This document shows positions 46,401 to 61,400 of a stretch of 64,000 bases of DNA, piece by piece. The notes beneath the pieces are model-generated. The model was not told where the DNA came from, made no database searches, and was given only the letters and a program-made list of their open reading frames with translations. Within the stretch, counting starts at the first letter, position 1; each line of letters opens with the position of its first letter. The DNA lies in the NCBI GenBank assembly GCA_027923505.1, contig BROI01000011.1:806001-870000 (forward strand). Direction: 5' to 3'. Source of the DNA: Mayamaea pseudoterrestris. Lineage: Eukaryota. A program made the position numbers and the translations under genes.

Positions 46401-49400
46401 CCATCTTGTAGCGCAGCCTGAATAATGATGTTGGCACCATTCTGGTGTAATTTGGGCACCTACAGGGCTTGCTGTAGGGGCGTTTGAATGTCATGGCATC
46501 TGCGGGCTGAGACTGGTGACAAGTTGTCACCAAATACATTGCCATCCCCTGAGACACCAGCCAAGCCTACCATCTTGTAGCGCAGCCTGAATAATGATGT
46601 TGGCACCATTCTGGTGTAATTTGGGCACCTACAGGGCTTGCTGTAGGGGCGTTTGAATGTCATGGCATCTGCGGGCTGAGACTGGTGACAAGTTGTCACC
46701 AAATACATTGCCATCCCCTGAGACACCAGCCAAGCCTACCATCTTGTAGCGCAGCCGGAATAATGATGTTGGCACCATTCTGGTGTAATTTGGGCACCTA
46801 CAGGGCTTGCTGTAGGGGCGTTTGAATGTCATGGCATCTGCGGCCTGGGCTGGTGACAAGTTGTCACCAAATACATTGCCATCCCCTGAGACACCAGCCA
46901 AGCCTACCATCTTGTAGCGCAGCCTGAATAATGATGTTGGCACCATTCTGGTGTAATTTGGGCACCTACAGGGCTTGCTGTAGGGGCGTTTGAATGTCAT
47001 GGCATCTGCGGGCTGAGACTGGTGACAAGTTGTCACCAAATACATTGCCATCCCCTGAGACACCAGCCAAGCCTACCATCTTGTAGCGCAGCCTGAATAA
47101 TGATGTTGGCACCATTCTGGTGTAATTTGGGCACCTACAGGGCTTGCTGTAGGGGCGTTTGAATGTCATGGCATCTGCGGGCTGAGACTGGTGACAAGTT
47201 GTCACCAAATACATTGCCATCCCCTGAGACACCAGCCAAGCCTACCATCTTGTAGCGCAGCCTGAATAATGATGTTGGCACCATTCTGGTGTAATTTGGG
47301 CACCTACAGGGCTTGCTGTAGGGGCGTTTGAATGTCATGGCATCTGCGGGCTGAGACTGGTGACAAGTTGTCACCAAATACATTGCCATCCCCTGAGACA
47401 CCAGCCAAGCCTACCATCTTGTAGCGCAGCCTGAATAATGATGTTGGCACCATTCTGGTGTAATTTGGGCACCTACAGGGCTTGCTGTAGGGCGTTTGAA
47501 TGTCATGGCATCTGCGGGCTGAGACTGGTGACAAGTTGTCACCAAATACATTGCCATCCCCTGAGACACCAGCCAAGCCTACCATCTTGTAGCGCAGCCG
47601 GAATAATGATGTTGGCACCATTCTGGTGTAATTTGGGCACCTACAGGGCTTGCTGTAGGGGCGTTTGAATGTCATGGCATCTGCGGGCTGAGACTGGTGA
47701 CAAGTTGTCACCAAATACATTGCCATCCCCTGAGACACCAGCCAAGCCTACCATCTTGTAGTGCAGCCTGAATAATGATGTTGGCACCATTCTGGTGTAA
47801 TTTGGGCACCTACAGGGCTTGCTGTCAGGGCGTTTGAATGTCATGGCATCTGCGGGCTGAGACTGGTGACAAGTTGTCACCAAATACATTGCCATCCCCT
47901 GAGACACCAGCCAAGCCTACCATCTTGTAGCGCAGCCTGAATAATGATGTTGGCACCATTCTGGTGTAATTTGGGCACCTACAGGGTTTAGCGGAAGGCG
48001 TTGAATGGCACTCTGGCGTCTGCGTCTGAGACGACAAGCTGTCACCAAATACATTGCCATCCCCTGAGACACCAGCCAAGCCTACCATCTTGTAGTGCAG
48101 CCTGAATAATGATGTTGGCACCATTCTGGTGTAATTTGGGCACCTACAGGGCTTGCTGTAGGGCGTTTGAATGTCATGGCATCTGCGGGCTGAGACTGGT
48201 GACAAGTTGTCACCAAATACATTGCCATCCCTGAGACACCAGCAAGCCCATACCTCTTGTAGAGCCTCAATAATGATGTTGGCACCATTCTGGTGTAATT
48301 TGGGCACCTACAGGGCTTGCTGTAGGGGCGTTTGAATGTCATGGCATCTGCGGGCTGAGACTGGTGACAAGTTGTCACCAAATACATTGCCATCCCCTGA
48401 GACACCAGCCAAGCCTACCATCTTGTAGCGCAGCCTGAATAATGATGTTGGCACCATTCTGGTGTAATTTGGGCACCTACAGGGCTTGCTGTAGGGGCGT
48501 TTGAATGTCATGGCATCTGCGGGCTGAGACTGGTGACAAGTTGTCACCAAAAACATTGCCATCCCCTGAGACACCAACCAAGCCTACCATCTTGTAGCGC
48601 AGCCTGAGTAATGATGTTGGTACCATTCTGGTGTAATTAGGGCACTTACAGGCCTTGCTGTAGGTGCGTTTTGAATGTCATGGCATCTGCGGGCTGAGAC
48701 TGGTGACAAGTTGTCACCAAATACATTGCCATCCCCTGAGACACCCGCCAAGCCAACCATGTTGTAGCGCAGCCAGAATAATGATGTTGGCACCATTCTG
48801 GTGTAATTTGGGCACCTACAGGGCTTGCTGTAGGGGCGTTTGAATGTCATGGCATCTGCGGGCTGAGACTGGTGACAAGTTGTCACCAAATACATTGCCA
48901 TCCCCTGAGACACCAGCCAAGCCTACCATCTTGTAGCGCAGCCTGAATAATGATGTTGGCACCATTCTGGTGTAATTTGGGCACCTACAGGGCTTGCTGT
49001 AGGGGCGTTTGAATGTCATGGCATCTGCGGGCTGAGACTGGTGACAAGTTGTCACCAAATACATTGCCATCCCCTGAGACACCAGCCAAGCCTACCATCT
49101 TGTAGCGCAGCCTGAATAATGATGTTGGCACCATTCTGGTGTAATTTGGGCACCTACAGGGCTTGCTGTAGGGGCGTTTGAATGTCATGGCATCTGCGGG
49201 CTGAGACTGGTGACAAGTTGTCACCAAATACATTGCCATCCCCTGAGACACCAGCCAAGCCTACCATCTTGTAGCGCAGCCTGAATAATGATGTTGGCGC
49301 CATTCTGGTGTAATTTGGGCACCTACAGGGCTTGCTGTAGGGGCGTTTGAATGTCATGGCATCTGCGGGCTGAGACTGGTGACAAGTTGTCACCAAATAC

Positions 49401-52400
49401 ATTGCCATCCCCTGAGACACCAGCCAAGCCTACCATCTTGTAGCGCAGCTGAAATAATGATGTTGGCACCATTCTGGTGTAATTTGGGCACCTACAGGGC
49501 TTGCTGTAGGGGCGTTTGAATGTCATGGCATCTGCGGGCTGAGACTGGTGACATGTTGTCACCAAATACATTGCCATCCCCTGAGACACCAGCCAAGCCA
49601 TCCCTGTTGTAGCGCAGCCTGAATAAGGATGTCGGCACTCTTCTGGTGTAATTTGGGCTTCTACAGGGCTTGCTGTAGGGGCGTTTGAATGTCATGGCAT
49701 CTGCGGGCTGAGATTGGTGACAAGTTGTCACCAAATACATTGCCATCCCCTGAGACACCAGCCAAGCCTACCATCTTGTAGCGCAGCCTGAATAATGATG
49801 TTGGCACCATTCTGGTGTAATTTGGGCACCTACAGGGCTTGCTGTAGGGCCGTTTGAATGTCATGGCATCTGCGGGCTGAGACTGGTGACAAGTTGTCAC
49901 CAAATACATTGCCATCCCCTGAGACACCAGCCAAGCCTACCATCTTGTAGCGCAGCCTGAATAATGATGTTGGCACCATTCTGGTGTAATTTGGGCACCT
50001 ACAGGGCTTGCTGTAGGGGCGTTTGAATGTCATGGCATCTGCGGGCTGAGACTGGTGACAAGTTGTCACCAAATACATTGCCATCCCCTGAGACACCAGC
50101 CAATCCTACCATCTTGTAGCGCAGCCTGAAAAATGATGTTGGCACCATTCTGGTGTAATTTGGGCACCTACAGGGCCTGATGTAGGGGTTTTTTGAATGT
50201 CGTGGCATCTGCGGGCTGAGACTTGTGACAAGTTGTCACCAAATACATTGCCATCCCCTGAGACACCAGCCAAGCCTACCATCTTGTAGCGCAGCCTGAA
50301 AAATGATGTTGGCACCATTCTGGTGTAATTTGGGCACCTACAGGGCTTGCTGTAGGGGCGTTTGAATGTCATGGCATCTGCGGGCTGAGACTGGTGACAA
50401 GTTGTCACCAAATACATTGCCATCCCCTGAGACACCAGCCAAGCCTACCATCTTGTAGCGCAGCCTGAATAATGATGTTGGCACCATTCTGGTGTAATTT
50501 GGGCACCTACAGGGCTTGCTGTAGGGGGTTTGAATGTCATGGCATCTGCGGGCTGAGACTGGTGACAAGTTGTCACCAAATACATTGCCATCCCCTGAGA
50601 CACCAGCCAAGCCTACCATCTTGTAGCGCAGCCTGAATAATGATGTTGGCACCATTCTGGTGTAATTTGGGCACCTACAGGGCTTGCTGTAGGGGCGTTT
50701 GAATGTCATGGCATCTGCGGGCTGAGACTGGTGACAAGTTGTCACCAAATACATTGCCATCCCCTGAGACACCAGCCAAGCCTACCATCTTGTAGCGCAG
50801 CCTGAATAATGATGTTGGCACCATTCTGGTGTAATTTGGGCACCTACAGGGCTTGCTGTAGGGGCGTTTGAATGTCATGGCATCTGCGGGCTGAGACTGG
50901 TGACAAGTTGTCACCAAATACATTGCCATCCCCCTGAAACACCAGCCAAGCCTACCATCTTGTAGCGCAGCCTGAATAATGATGTTGGCACCATTCTGGT
51001 GTAATTTGGGCACCTACAGGGCTTGCTGTAGGGGCGTTTGAATGTCATGGCATCTGCGGGCTGAGACTGGTGACAAGTTGTCACCAAATACATTGCCATC
51101 CCCTGAGACACCAGCCAAGCCTACCATCTTGTAGCGCAGCCTGAAAAATGATGTTGGCACCATTCTGGTGTAATTTGGGCACCTACAGGGCTTGCTGTAG
51201 GGGCGTTTGAATGTCACGGCATCTGCGGGCTGAGACTGGTGACAAGTTGTCACCAAATACATTGCCATCCCCTGAGACACCAGCCAAGCCTACCATCTTG
51301 TAGCGCAGCCTGAATAATGATGTTGGCACCATTCTGGTGTAATTTGGGCACCTACAGGGCTTGCTGTAGGGGCGTTTGAATGTCACGGCATCTGCGGGCT
51401 GAGACTGGTGACAAGTTGTCACCAAATACATTGCCATCCCCTGAGACACCAGCCAAGCCTACCATCTTGTAGCGCAGCCTGAATAATGATGTTGGCACCA
51501 TTCTGGTGTAATTTGGGCACCTACAGGGCTTGCTGTAGGGGCGTTTGAATGTCATGGCATCTGCGGGCTGAGACTGGTGACAAGTTGTCACCAAATACAT
51601 TGCCATCCCCTGAGACACCAGCCAAGCCTACCATCTTGTAGCGCAGCCGGAATAATGATGTTGGCACCATTCTGGTGTAATTTGGGCACCTACAGGGCTT
51701 GCTGTAGGGCGTTTGAATGTCATGGCATCTGCGGGCTGAGACTGGTGACAAGTTGTCACCAAATACATTGCCATCCCCTGAGACACCAGCCAAGCCTACC
51801 ATCTTGTAGCGCAGCCTGAAAAATGATGTTGGCACCATTCTGGTGTAATTTGGGCACCTACAGGGCTTGCTGTAGGGCGTTTGAATGTCATGGCATCTGC
51901 GGGCTGAGACTGGTGACAAGTTGTCACCAAATACATTGCCATCCCCTGAGACACCAGCCAAGCCTACCATCTTGTAGCGCAGCCTGAATAATGATGTTGG
52001 CACCATTCTGGTGTAATTTGGGCACCTACAGGGCTTGCTGTAGGGGCGTTTGAATGTCATGGCATCTGCGGGCTTGCTGAGACTGGTGACAAGTTGTCAC
52101 CAAATACATTGCCATCCCCTGAGACACCAGCCAAGCCTACCATCTTGTAGCGCAGCCTGAATAATGATGTTGGCACCATTCTGGTGTAATTTGGGCACCT
52201 ACAGGGCTTGCTGTAGGGGCGTTTGAATGTCATGGCATCTGCGGCTGAGACTGGTGACAAGTTGTCACCAAATACATTGCCATCCCCTGAGACACCAGCC
52301 AAGCCTACCATCTTGTAGCGCAGCCTGAATAATGATGTTGGCACCATTCTGGTGTAATTTGGGCACCTACAGGGCTTGCTGTAGGGGCGTTTGAATGTCA

Positions 52401-55400
52401 TGGCATCTGCGGGCTGAGACTGGTGACAAGTTGTCACCAAATACATTGCCATCCCCTGAGACACCAGCCAAGCCTACCATCTTGTAGCGCAGCTGAAATA
52501 ATGATGTTGGCACCATTCTGGTGTAATTTGGGCACCTACAGGGCTTGCTGTAGGGGCGTTTGAATGTCACGGCATCTGCGGGCTGAGACTGGTGACAAGT
52601 TGTCACCAAATACATTGCCATCCCCTGAGACACCAGCCAAGCCTACCATCTTGTAGCGCAGCCTGAATAATGATGTTGGCACCATTCTGGTGTAATTTGG
52701 GCACCTACAGGGCTTGCTGTAGGGGCGTTTGAATGTCATGGCATCTGCGGGCTGAGACTGGTGACAAGTTGTCACCAAATACATTGCCATCCCCTGAGAC
52801 ACCAGCCAAGCCTACCATCTTGTAGCGCCAGCCGAATAATATCACATTCTGATGTTGGCACCACAGGGCTTCTGGTGTCATGGTCTGGTGGTGACAAGGT
52901 CACCTACACCCCGGACACCAGCCTACCATGTAGCGCAGCGTGATGTCACCATTCTGGTGCATCTGCGGGCGACTGAGACTGGTGACAAGTTGTCACCAAA
53001 TACATTGCCATCCCCTGAGACACCAGCCAAGCCTACCATCTTGTAGCGCAGCCTGAATAATGATGTTGGCACCATTCTGGTGTAATTTGGGCACCTACAG
53101 GGCTTGCTGTAGGGGCGTTTGAATGTCATGGCATCTGCGGGCTGAGACTGGTGACAAGTTGTCACCAAATACATTGCCATCCCCTGAGACACCAGCCAAG
53201 CCTACCATCTTGTAGCGCAGCCTGAATAATGATGTTGGCACCATTCTGGTGTAATTTGGGCACCTACAGGGCTTGCTGTAGGGGCGTTTGAATGTCATGG
53301 CATCTGCGGGCTGAGACTGGTGACAAGTTGTCACCAAATACATTGCCATCCCCTGAGACACCAGCCAAGCCTACCATCTTGTAGCGCAGCCTGAATAATG
53401 ATGTTGGCACCATTCTGGTGTAATTTGGGCACCTACAGGGCTTGCTGTAGGGGCGTTTGAATGTCATGGCATCTGCGGGCTGAGACTGGTGACAAGTTGT
53501 CACCAAATACATTGCCATCCCCTGAGACACCAGCCAAGCCTACCATCTTGTAGCGCAGCCTGAATAATGATGTTGGCACCATTCTGGTGTAATTTGGGCA
53601 CCTACAGGGCTTGCTGTAGGGCGTTTGAATGGCATGGCATCTGCGGGCTGAGACTGGTGACAAGTTGTCACCAAATACATTGCCATCCCCTGAGACACCA
53701 GCCAAGCCTACCATCTTGTAGCGCAGCCTGAGTAATGATGTTGGCACCATTCTGGTGTAATTTGGGCAACTACAGGGCTTGCTAACTGGTGACAAGTTGT
53801 CACCAAATACATTGCCATCCCCTGAGACACCAGCCAAGCCTACCATCTTGTAGCGCAGCCGGAATAATGATGTTGGCACCATTCTGGTGTAATTTGGGCA
53901 CCTACAGGGCTTGCTGTAGGGGCGTTTGAATGTCATGGCATCTGCGGGCTGAGACTGGTGACAAGTTGTCACCAAATACATTGCCATCCCCTGAGACACC
54001 AGCCAAGCCTACCATCTTGTAGCGCAGCCTGAATAATGATGTTGGCACCATTCTGGTGTAATTTGGGCACCTACAGGGCTTGCTGTAGGGGCGTTTGAAT
54101 GTCATGGCATCTGCGGGCTGAGACTGGTGACAAGTTGTCACCAAATACATTGCCATCCCCTGAGACACCAGCCAAGCCTACCATCTTGTAGCGCAGCCTC
54201 CAGCGAAAGTACCAAATACATGAACACCACTTGAGATGTTGGCACCATTCTGGTGTAATTTGGGCACCTACAGGGCTTGCTGTAGGGGCGTTTGAATGTC
54301 ATGGCATCTGCGGGCTGAGACTGGTGACAAGTTGTCACCAAATACATTGCCATCCCCTGAGACACCAGCCAAGCCTACCATCTTGTAGCGCAGCCTGAAT
54401 AATGATGTTGGCACCATTCTGGTGTAATTTGGGCACCTACAGGGCTTGCTGTAGGGGCGTTTGAATGTCATGGCATCTGCGGGCTGAGACTGGTGACAAG
54501 TTGTCACCAAATACATTGCCATCCCCTGAGACACCAGCCAAGCCTACCATCTTGTAGCGCAGCCTGAAAAATGATGTTGGCACCATTCTGGTGTAATTTG
54601 GGCACCTACAGGGCTTGCTGTAGGGGCGTTTGAATGTCATGGCATCTGCGGGCTGAGACTGGTGACAAGTTGTCACCAAATACATTGCCATCCCCTGAGA
54701 CACCAGCCAAGCCTACCATCTTGTAGCGCAGCCTGAATAATGATGTTGGCACCATTCTGGTGTAATTTGGGCACCTACAGGGCTTGCTGTAGGGGCGTTT
54801 GAATGTCATGGCATCTGCGGGCTGAGACTGGTGACAAGTTGTCACCAAATACATTGCCATCCCCTGAGACACCAGCCAAGCCTACCATCTTGTAGCGCAG
54901 CCTGAATAATGATGTTGGCACCATTCTGGTGTAATTTGGGCACCTACAGGGCTTGCTGTAGGGGCGTTTGAATGTCATGGCATCTGCGGGCTGAGACTGG
55001 TGACAAGTTGTCACCAAATACATTGCCATCCCCTGAGACACCAGCCAAGCCTACCATCTTGTAGCGCAGCCTGAATAATGATGTTGGCACCATTCTGGTG
55101 TAATTTGGGCACCTACAGGGCTTGCTGTAGGGGCGTTTGAATGTCATGGCATCTGCGGGCTGAGACTGGTGACAAGTTGTCACCAAATACATTGCCATCC
55201 CCTGAGACAGCAGCCACGCCTACCATCTTGTAGCGCAGCGTGTAAAACTCTGTGGGCACCATTCTGGTGTAATTTGGGCACCTACAGGGCTTGCTGTAGG
55301 GGCGTTTGAATGTCATGGCATCTGCGGGCTGAGACTGGTGACAAGTTGTCACCAAATACATTGCCATCCCCTGAGACACCAGCCAAGCCTACCATCTTGT

Positions 55401-58400
55401 AGTGCAGCCTGAATAATGATGTTGGCACCATTCTGGTGTAATTTGGGCACCTACAGGGCTTGCTGTAGGGGCGTTTGAATGTCATGGCATCTGCAGGCTG
55501 AGACTGGTGACAAGTTGTCACCAAATACATTGCCATCCCCTGAGACACCAGCCAAGCCTACCATCTTGTAGCGCAGCCGGAATAATGATGTTGGCACCAT
55601 TCTGGTGTAATTTGGGCACCTACAGGGCTTGCTGTAGGGGCGTTTGAATGTCATGGCATCTGCGGGCTGAGACTGGTGACAAGTTGTCACCAAATACATT
55701 GCCATCCCCTGAGACACCAGCCAAGCCTACCATCTTGTAGCGCAGCCGGAATAACGATGTTGGCACCATTCTGGTGTAATTTGGGCACCTACAGGGCTTG
55801 CTGTAGGGGCGTTTGAATGTCATGGCATCTGCGGGCTGAGACTGGTGACAAGTTGTCACCAAATACATTGCCATCCCCTGAGACACCAGCCAAGCCTACC
55901 ATCTTGTAGCGCAGCCTGAAAAATGATGTTGGCACCATTCTGGTGTAATTTGGGCACCTACAGGGCTTGCTGTAGGGGCGTTTGAATGTCATGGCATCTG
56001 CGGGCTGAGACTGGTGACAAGTTGTCACCAAATACATTGCCATCCCCTGAGACACCAGCCAAGCCTACCATCTTGTAGCGCAGCCGGAATAATGATGTTG
56101 GCACCATTCTGGTGTAATTTGGGCACCTACAGGGCTTGCTGTAGGGGCGTTTGAATGTCATGGCATCTGCGGGCTGAGACTGGTGACAAGTTGTCACCAA
56201 ATACATTGCCATCCCCTGAGACACCAGCCAAGCCTACCATGTTGTAGTGCAGCCTGAATAATGATGTTGGCACCATTCTGGTGTAATTTGGGCACCTACA
56301 GGGCTTGCTGTAGGGGCGTTTGAATGTCATGGCATCTGCGGGCTGAGACTGGTGACAAGTTGTCACCAAATACATTGCCATCCCCTGAGACACCAGCCAA
56401 GCCTACCATCTTGTAGCGCAGCCTGAATAATGATGTTGGCACCATTCTGGTGTAATTTGGGCACCTACAGGGCTTGCTGTAGGGGCGTTTGAATGTCATG
56501 GCATCTGTGGGCTGAGACTGGTGACAAGTTGTCACCAAATACATTGCCATCCCCTGAGACACCAGCCAAGCCTACCATGCTGTAGTGCAGCCGGCAAAAT
56601 GATGTTGGCGCAATTCTGGTGTAATTTGGGCACCTACAGGGCTTGCTGTCGGGGCGTTTGAATGTCATGGCATCTGCGGGCTGAGACTGGTGACAAGTTG
56701 TCACCAAATACATTGCCATCCCCTGAGACACCAGCCAAGCCTACCATCTTGTAGCGCAGCCTGAATAATGATGTTGGCACCATTCTGGTGTAATTTGGGC
56801 ACCTACAGGGCTTGCTGTAGGGGCGTTTGAATGTCATGGCATCTGCGGGCTGAGACTGGTGACAAGTTGTCACCAAATACATTGCCATCCCCTGAGACAC
56901 CAGCCAAGCCTACCATCTTGTAGTGCAGCCTGAATAATGATGTTGGCACCATTCTGGTGTAATTTGGGCACCTACAGGGCTTGCTGTAGGGGCGTTTGAA
57001 TGTCATGGCATCTGCGGGCTGAGACTGGTGACAAGTTGTCACCAAATACATTGCCATCCCCTGAGACACCAGCCAAGCCTACCATCTTGTAGCGCAGCCT
57101 GAATAATGATGTTGGCACCATTCTGGTGTAATTTGGGCACCTACAGGGCTTGCTGTAGGGGCGTTTGAATGTCATGGCATCTGCGGGCTGAGACTGGTGA
57201 CAAGTTGTCACCAAATACATTGCCATCCCCTGAGACACCAGCCAAGCCTACCATCTTGTAGCGCAGCCTGAATAATGATGTTGGCACCATTCTGGTGTAA
57301 TTTGGGCACCTACAGGGCTTGCTGTAGGGGCGTTTGAATGTCATGGCATCTGCGGGCTGAGACTGGTGACAAGTTGTCACCAAATACATTGCCATCCCCT
57401 GAGACACCAGCCAAGCCTACCATCTTGTAGCGCAGGCTGAATAATGATGTTGGCACCATTCTGGTGTAATTTGGGCACCTACAGGGCTTGCTGTAGGGGC
57501 GTTTGAATGTCATGGCATCTGCGGGCTGAGACTGGTGACAAGTTGTCACCAAATACATTGCCATCCCCGGAGACACCAGCCAAGCCTACCATCTTGTAGC
57601 GCAGCCTGAATAATGATGTTGGCACCATTCTGGTGTAATTTGGGCACCTACAGGGCTTGCTGTAGGGGCGTTTGAATGTCATGGCATCTGCGGGCTGAGA
57701 CTGGTGACAAGTTGTCACCAAATACATTGCCATCCCCTGAGACACCAGCCAAGCCTACCATGTTGTAGCGCAGCCTGAATAATGATGTTGGCACCATTCT
57801 GGTGTAATTTGGGCACCTACAGGGCTTGCTGTAGGGGCGTTTGAATGTCATGGCATCTGCGGGCTGAGACTGGTGACAAGTTGTCACCAAATACATTGCC
57901 ATCCCCTGAGACACCAGCCAAGCCTACCATCTTGTAGCGCAGCCGGAATAATGATGTTGGCACCATTCTGGTGTAATTTGGGCACCTACAGGGCTTGCTG
58001 TAGGGGCGTTTGAATGTCATGGCATCTGCGGGCTGAGACTGGTGACAAGTTGTCACCAAATACATTGCCATCCCCTGAGACACCAGCCAAGCCTACCATG
58101 TTGTAGTGCAGCCTGGAAAATGATGTTGGCACCATTCTGGTGTAATTTGGGCACCTACAGGGCTTGCTGTAGGGGCGTTTGAATGTCATGGCATCTGCGG
58201 GCTGAGACTGGTGACAAGTTGTCACCAAATACATTGCCATCCCCTGAGACACCAGCCAAGCCTACCATGTTGTAGTGCAGCCTGAATAATGATGTTGGCA
58301 CCATTCTGGTGTAATTTGGGCACCTACAGGGCTTGCTGTAGGGGCGTTTGAATGTCATGGCATCTGCGGGCTGAGACTGGTGACAAGTTGTCACCAAATA

Positions 58401-61400
58401 CATTGCCACCCCCAGCCTGAATAATGATGTTGGCACCATTCTGGTGTAATTTGGGCACCTACAGGGCTTGCTGTAGGGGCGTTTGAATGTCATGGCATCT
58501 GCGGGCTGAGACTGGTGACAAGTTGTCACCAAATACATTGCCATCCCCTGAGACACCAGCCAAGCCTACCATCTTGTAGTGCAGCCTGAATAATGATGTT
58601 GGCACCATTCTGGTGTAATTTGGGCACCTACAGGGCTTGCTGTAGGGGCGTTTGAATGTCATGGCATCTGCGGGCTGAGACTGGTGACAAGTTGTCACCA
58701 AATACATTGCCATCCCCTGAGACACCAGCCAAGCCTACCATCTTGTAGTGCAGCCTGAATAATGATGTTGGCACCATTCTGGTGTAATTTGGGCACCTAC
58801 AGGGCTTGCTGTAGGGGCGTTTGAATGTCATGGCATCTGCGGGCTGAGACTGGTGACAAGTTGTCACCAAATACATTGCCATCCCCTGAGACACCAGCCA
58901 AGCCTACCATCTTGTAGCGCAGCCTGAATAATGATGTTGGCACCATTCTGGTGTAATTTGGGCACCTACAGGGCTTGCTGTAGGGGCGTTTGAATGTCAT
59001 GGCATCTGCGGGCTGAGACTGGTGACAAGTTGTCACCAAATACATTGCCATCCCCTGAGACACCAGCCAAGCCTACCATCTTGTAGTGCAGCCTGAAAAA
59101 TGATGTTGGCACCATTCTGGTGTAATTTGGGCACCTACAGGGCTTGCTGTAGGGGCGTTTGAATGTCATGGCATCTGCGGGCTGAGACTGGTGACAAGTT
59201 GTCACCAAATACATTGCCATCCCCTGAGACACCAGCCAAGCCTACCATCTTGTAGCGCAGCCGGAAAAATGATGTTGGCACCATTCTGGTGTAATTTGGG
59301 CACCTACAGGGCTTGCTGTAGGGGCGTTTGAATGTCATGGCATCTGCGGGCTGAGACTGGTGACAAGTTGTCACCAAATACATTGCCATCCCCTGAGACA
59401 CCAGCCAAGCCTACCATGTTGTAGCGCAGCCTGAAAAATGATGTTGGCACCATTCTGGTGTAATTTGGGCACCTACAGGGCTTGCTGTAGGGGCGTTTGA
59501 ATGTCATGGCATCTGCGGGCTGAGACTGGTGACAAGTTGTCACCAAATACATTGCCATCCCCTGAGACACCAGCCAAGCCTACCATCTTGTAGCGCAGCC
59601 TGAATAATGATGTTGGCACCATTCTGGTGTAATTTGGGCACCTACAGGGCTTGCTGTAGGGGCGTTTGAATGTCATGGCATCTGCGGGCTGAGACTGGTG
59701 ACAAGTTGTCACCAAATACATTGCCATCCCCTGAGACACCAGCCAAGCCTACCATCTTGTAGCGCAGCTGGAATAACGATGTTGGCACCATTCTGGTGTA
59801 ATTTGGGCACCTACAGGGCTTGCTGTAGGGGCGTTTGAATGTCATGGCATCTGCGGGCTGAGACTGGTGACAAGTTGTCACCAAATACATTGCCATCCCC
59901 TGAGACACCAGCCAAGCCTACCATGTTGTAGTGCAGCCTGAAAAATGATGTTGGCACCATTCTGGTGTAATTTGGGCACCTACAGGGCTTGCTGTAGGGG
60001 CGTTTGAATGTCATGGCATCTCGGGCTGAGACTGGTGACAAGTTGTCACCAAATACATTGCCATCCCCTGAGACACCAGCCAAGCCTACCATCTTGTAGC
60101 GCAGCCTGAATAATGATGTTGGCACCATTCTGGTGTAATTTGGGCACCTACAGGGCTTGCTGTAGGGGCGTTTGAATGTCATGGCATCTAGGGCGCCAAA
60201 GGCTCGGCTGAGACTGGTGACAAGTTGTCACCAAATACATTGCCATCCCCTGAGACACCAGCCAAGCCTACCATCTTGTAGTGCAGCCGGAATAATGATG
60301 TTGGCACCATTCTGGTGTAATTTGGGCACCTACAGGGCTTGCTGTAGGGGCGTTTGAATGTCATGGCATCTGCGGGCTGAGACTGGTGACAAGTTGTCAC
60401 CAAATACATTGCCATCCCCTGAGACACCAGCCAAGCCTACCATCTTGTAGCGCAGCCTGAATAATGATGTTGGCACCATTCTGGTGTAATTTGGGCACCT
60501 ACAGGGCTTGCTGTAGGGGCGTTTGAATGTCATGGCATCTGCGGGCTGAGACTGGTGACAAGTTGTCACCAAATACATTGCCATCCCCTGAGACACCAGC
60601 CAAGCCTACCATGTTGTAGTGCAGCCTGAAGAGACACCAGCCAAGCCTACCATCTTGTAGCGCAGCCTGAATAATGATGTTGGCACCATTCTGGTGTAAT
60701 TTGGGCACCTACAGGGCTTGCTGTAGGGGCGTTTGAATGTCATGGCATCTGCGGGCTGAGACTGGTGACAAGTTGTCACCAAATACATTGCCATCCCCTG
60801 AGACACCAGCCAAGCCTACCATGTTGTAGCGCAGCCTGAATAATGATGTTGGCACCATTCTGGTGTAATTTGGGCACCTACAGGGCTTGCTGTAGGGGCG
60901 TTTGAATGTCATGGCATCTGCGGGCTGAGACTGGTGACAAGTTGTCACCAAATACATTGCCATCCCCTGAGACACCAGCCAAGCCTACCATCTTGTAGCG
61001 CAGCCGGAATAATGATGTTGGCACCATTCTGGTGTAATTTGGGCACCTACAGGGCTTGCTGTAGGGGCGTTTGAATGTCATGGCATCTGCGGGCTGAGAC
61101 TGGTGACAAGTTGTCACCAAATACATTGCCATCCCCTGAGACACCAGCCAAGCCTACCATGTTGTAGTGCAGCCTGGAAAATGATGTTGGCACCATTCTG
61201 GTGTAATTTGGGCACCTACAGGGCTTGCTGTAGGGGCGTTTGAATGTCATGGCATCTGCGGGCTGAGACTGGTGACAAGTTGTCACCAAATACATTGCCA
61301 TCCCCTGAGACACCAGCCAAGCCTACCATGTTGTAGTGCAGCCTGAATAATGATGTTGGCACCATTCTGGTGTAATTTGGGCACCTACAGGGCTTGCTGT

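Noticed and set aside
52825..52980. Scrambled monomers (also ~40445, ~47990-48040, ~54200-54235, ~55205-55255, and ~33905-33990 in the 146-bp repeat) as possible inserted spacers
   Set aside because: They are mostly shuffled fragments of the repeat itself, typical of long-read consensus errors; raw reads are needed before interpreting them.
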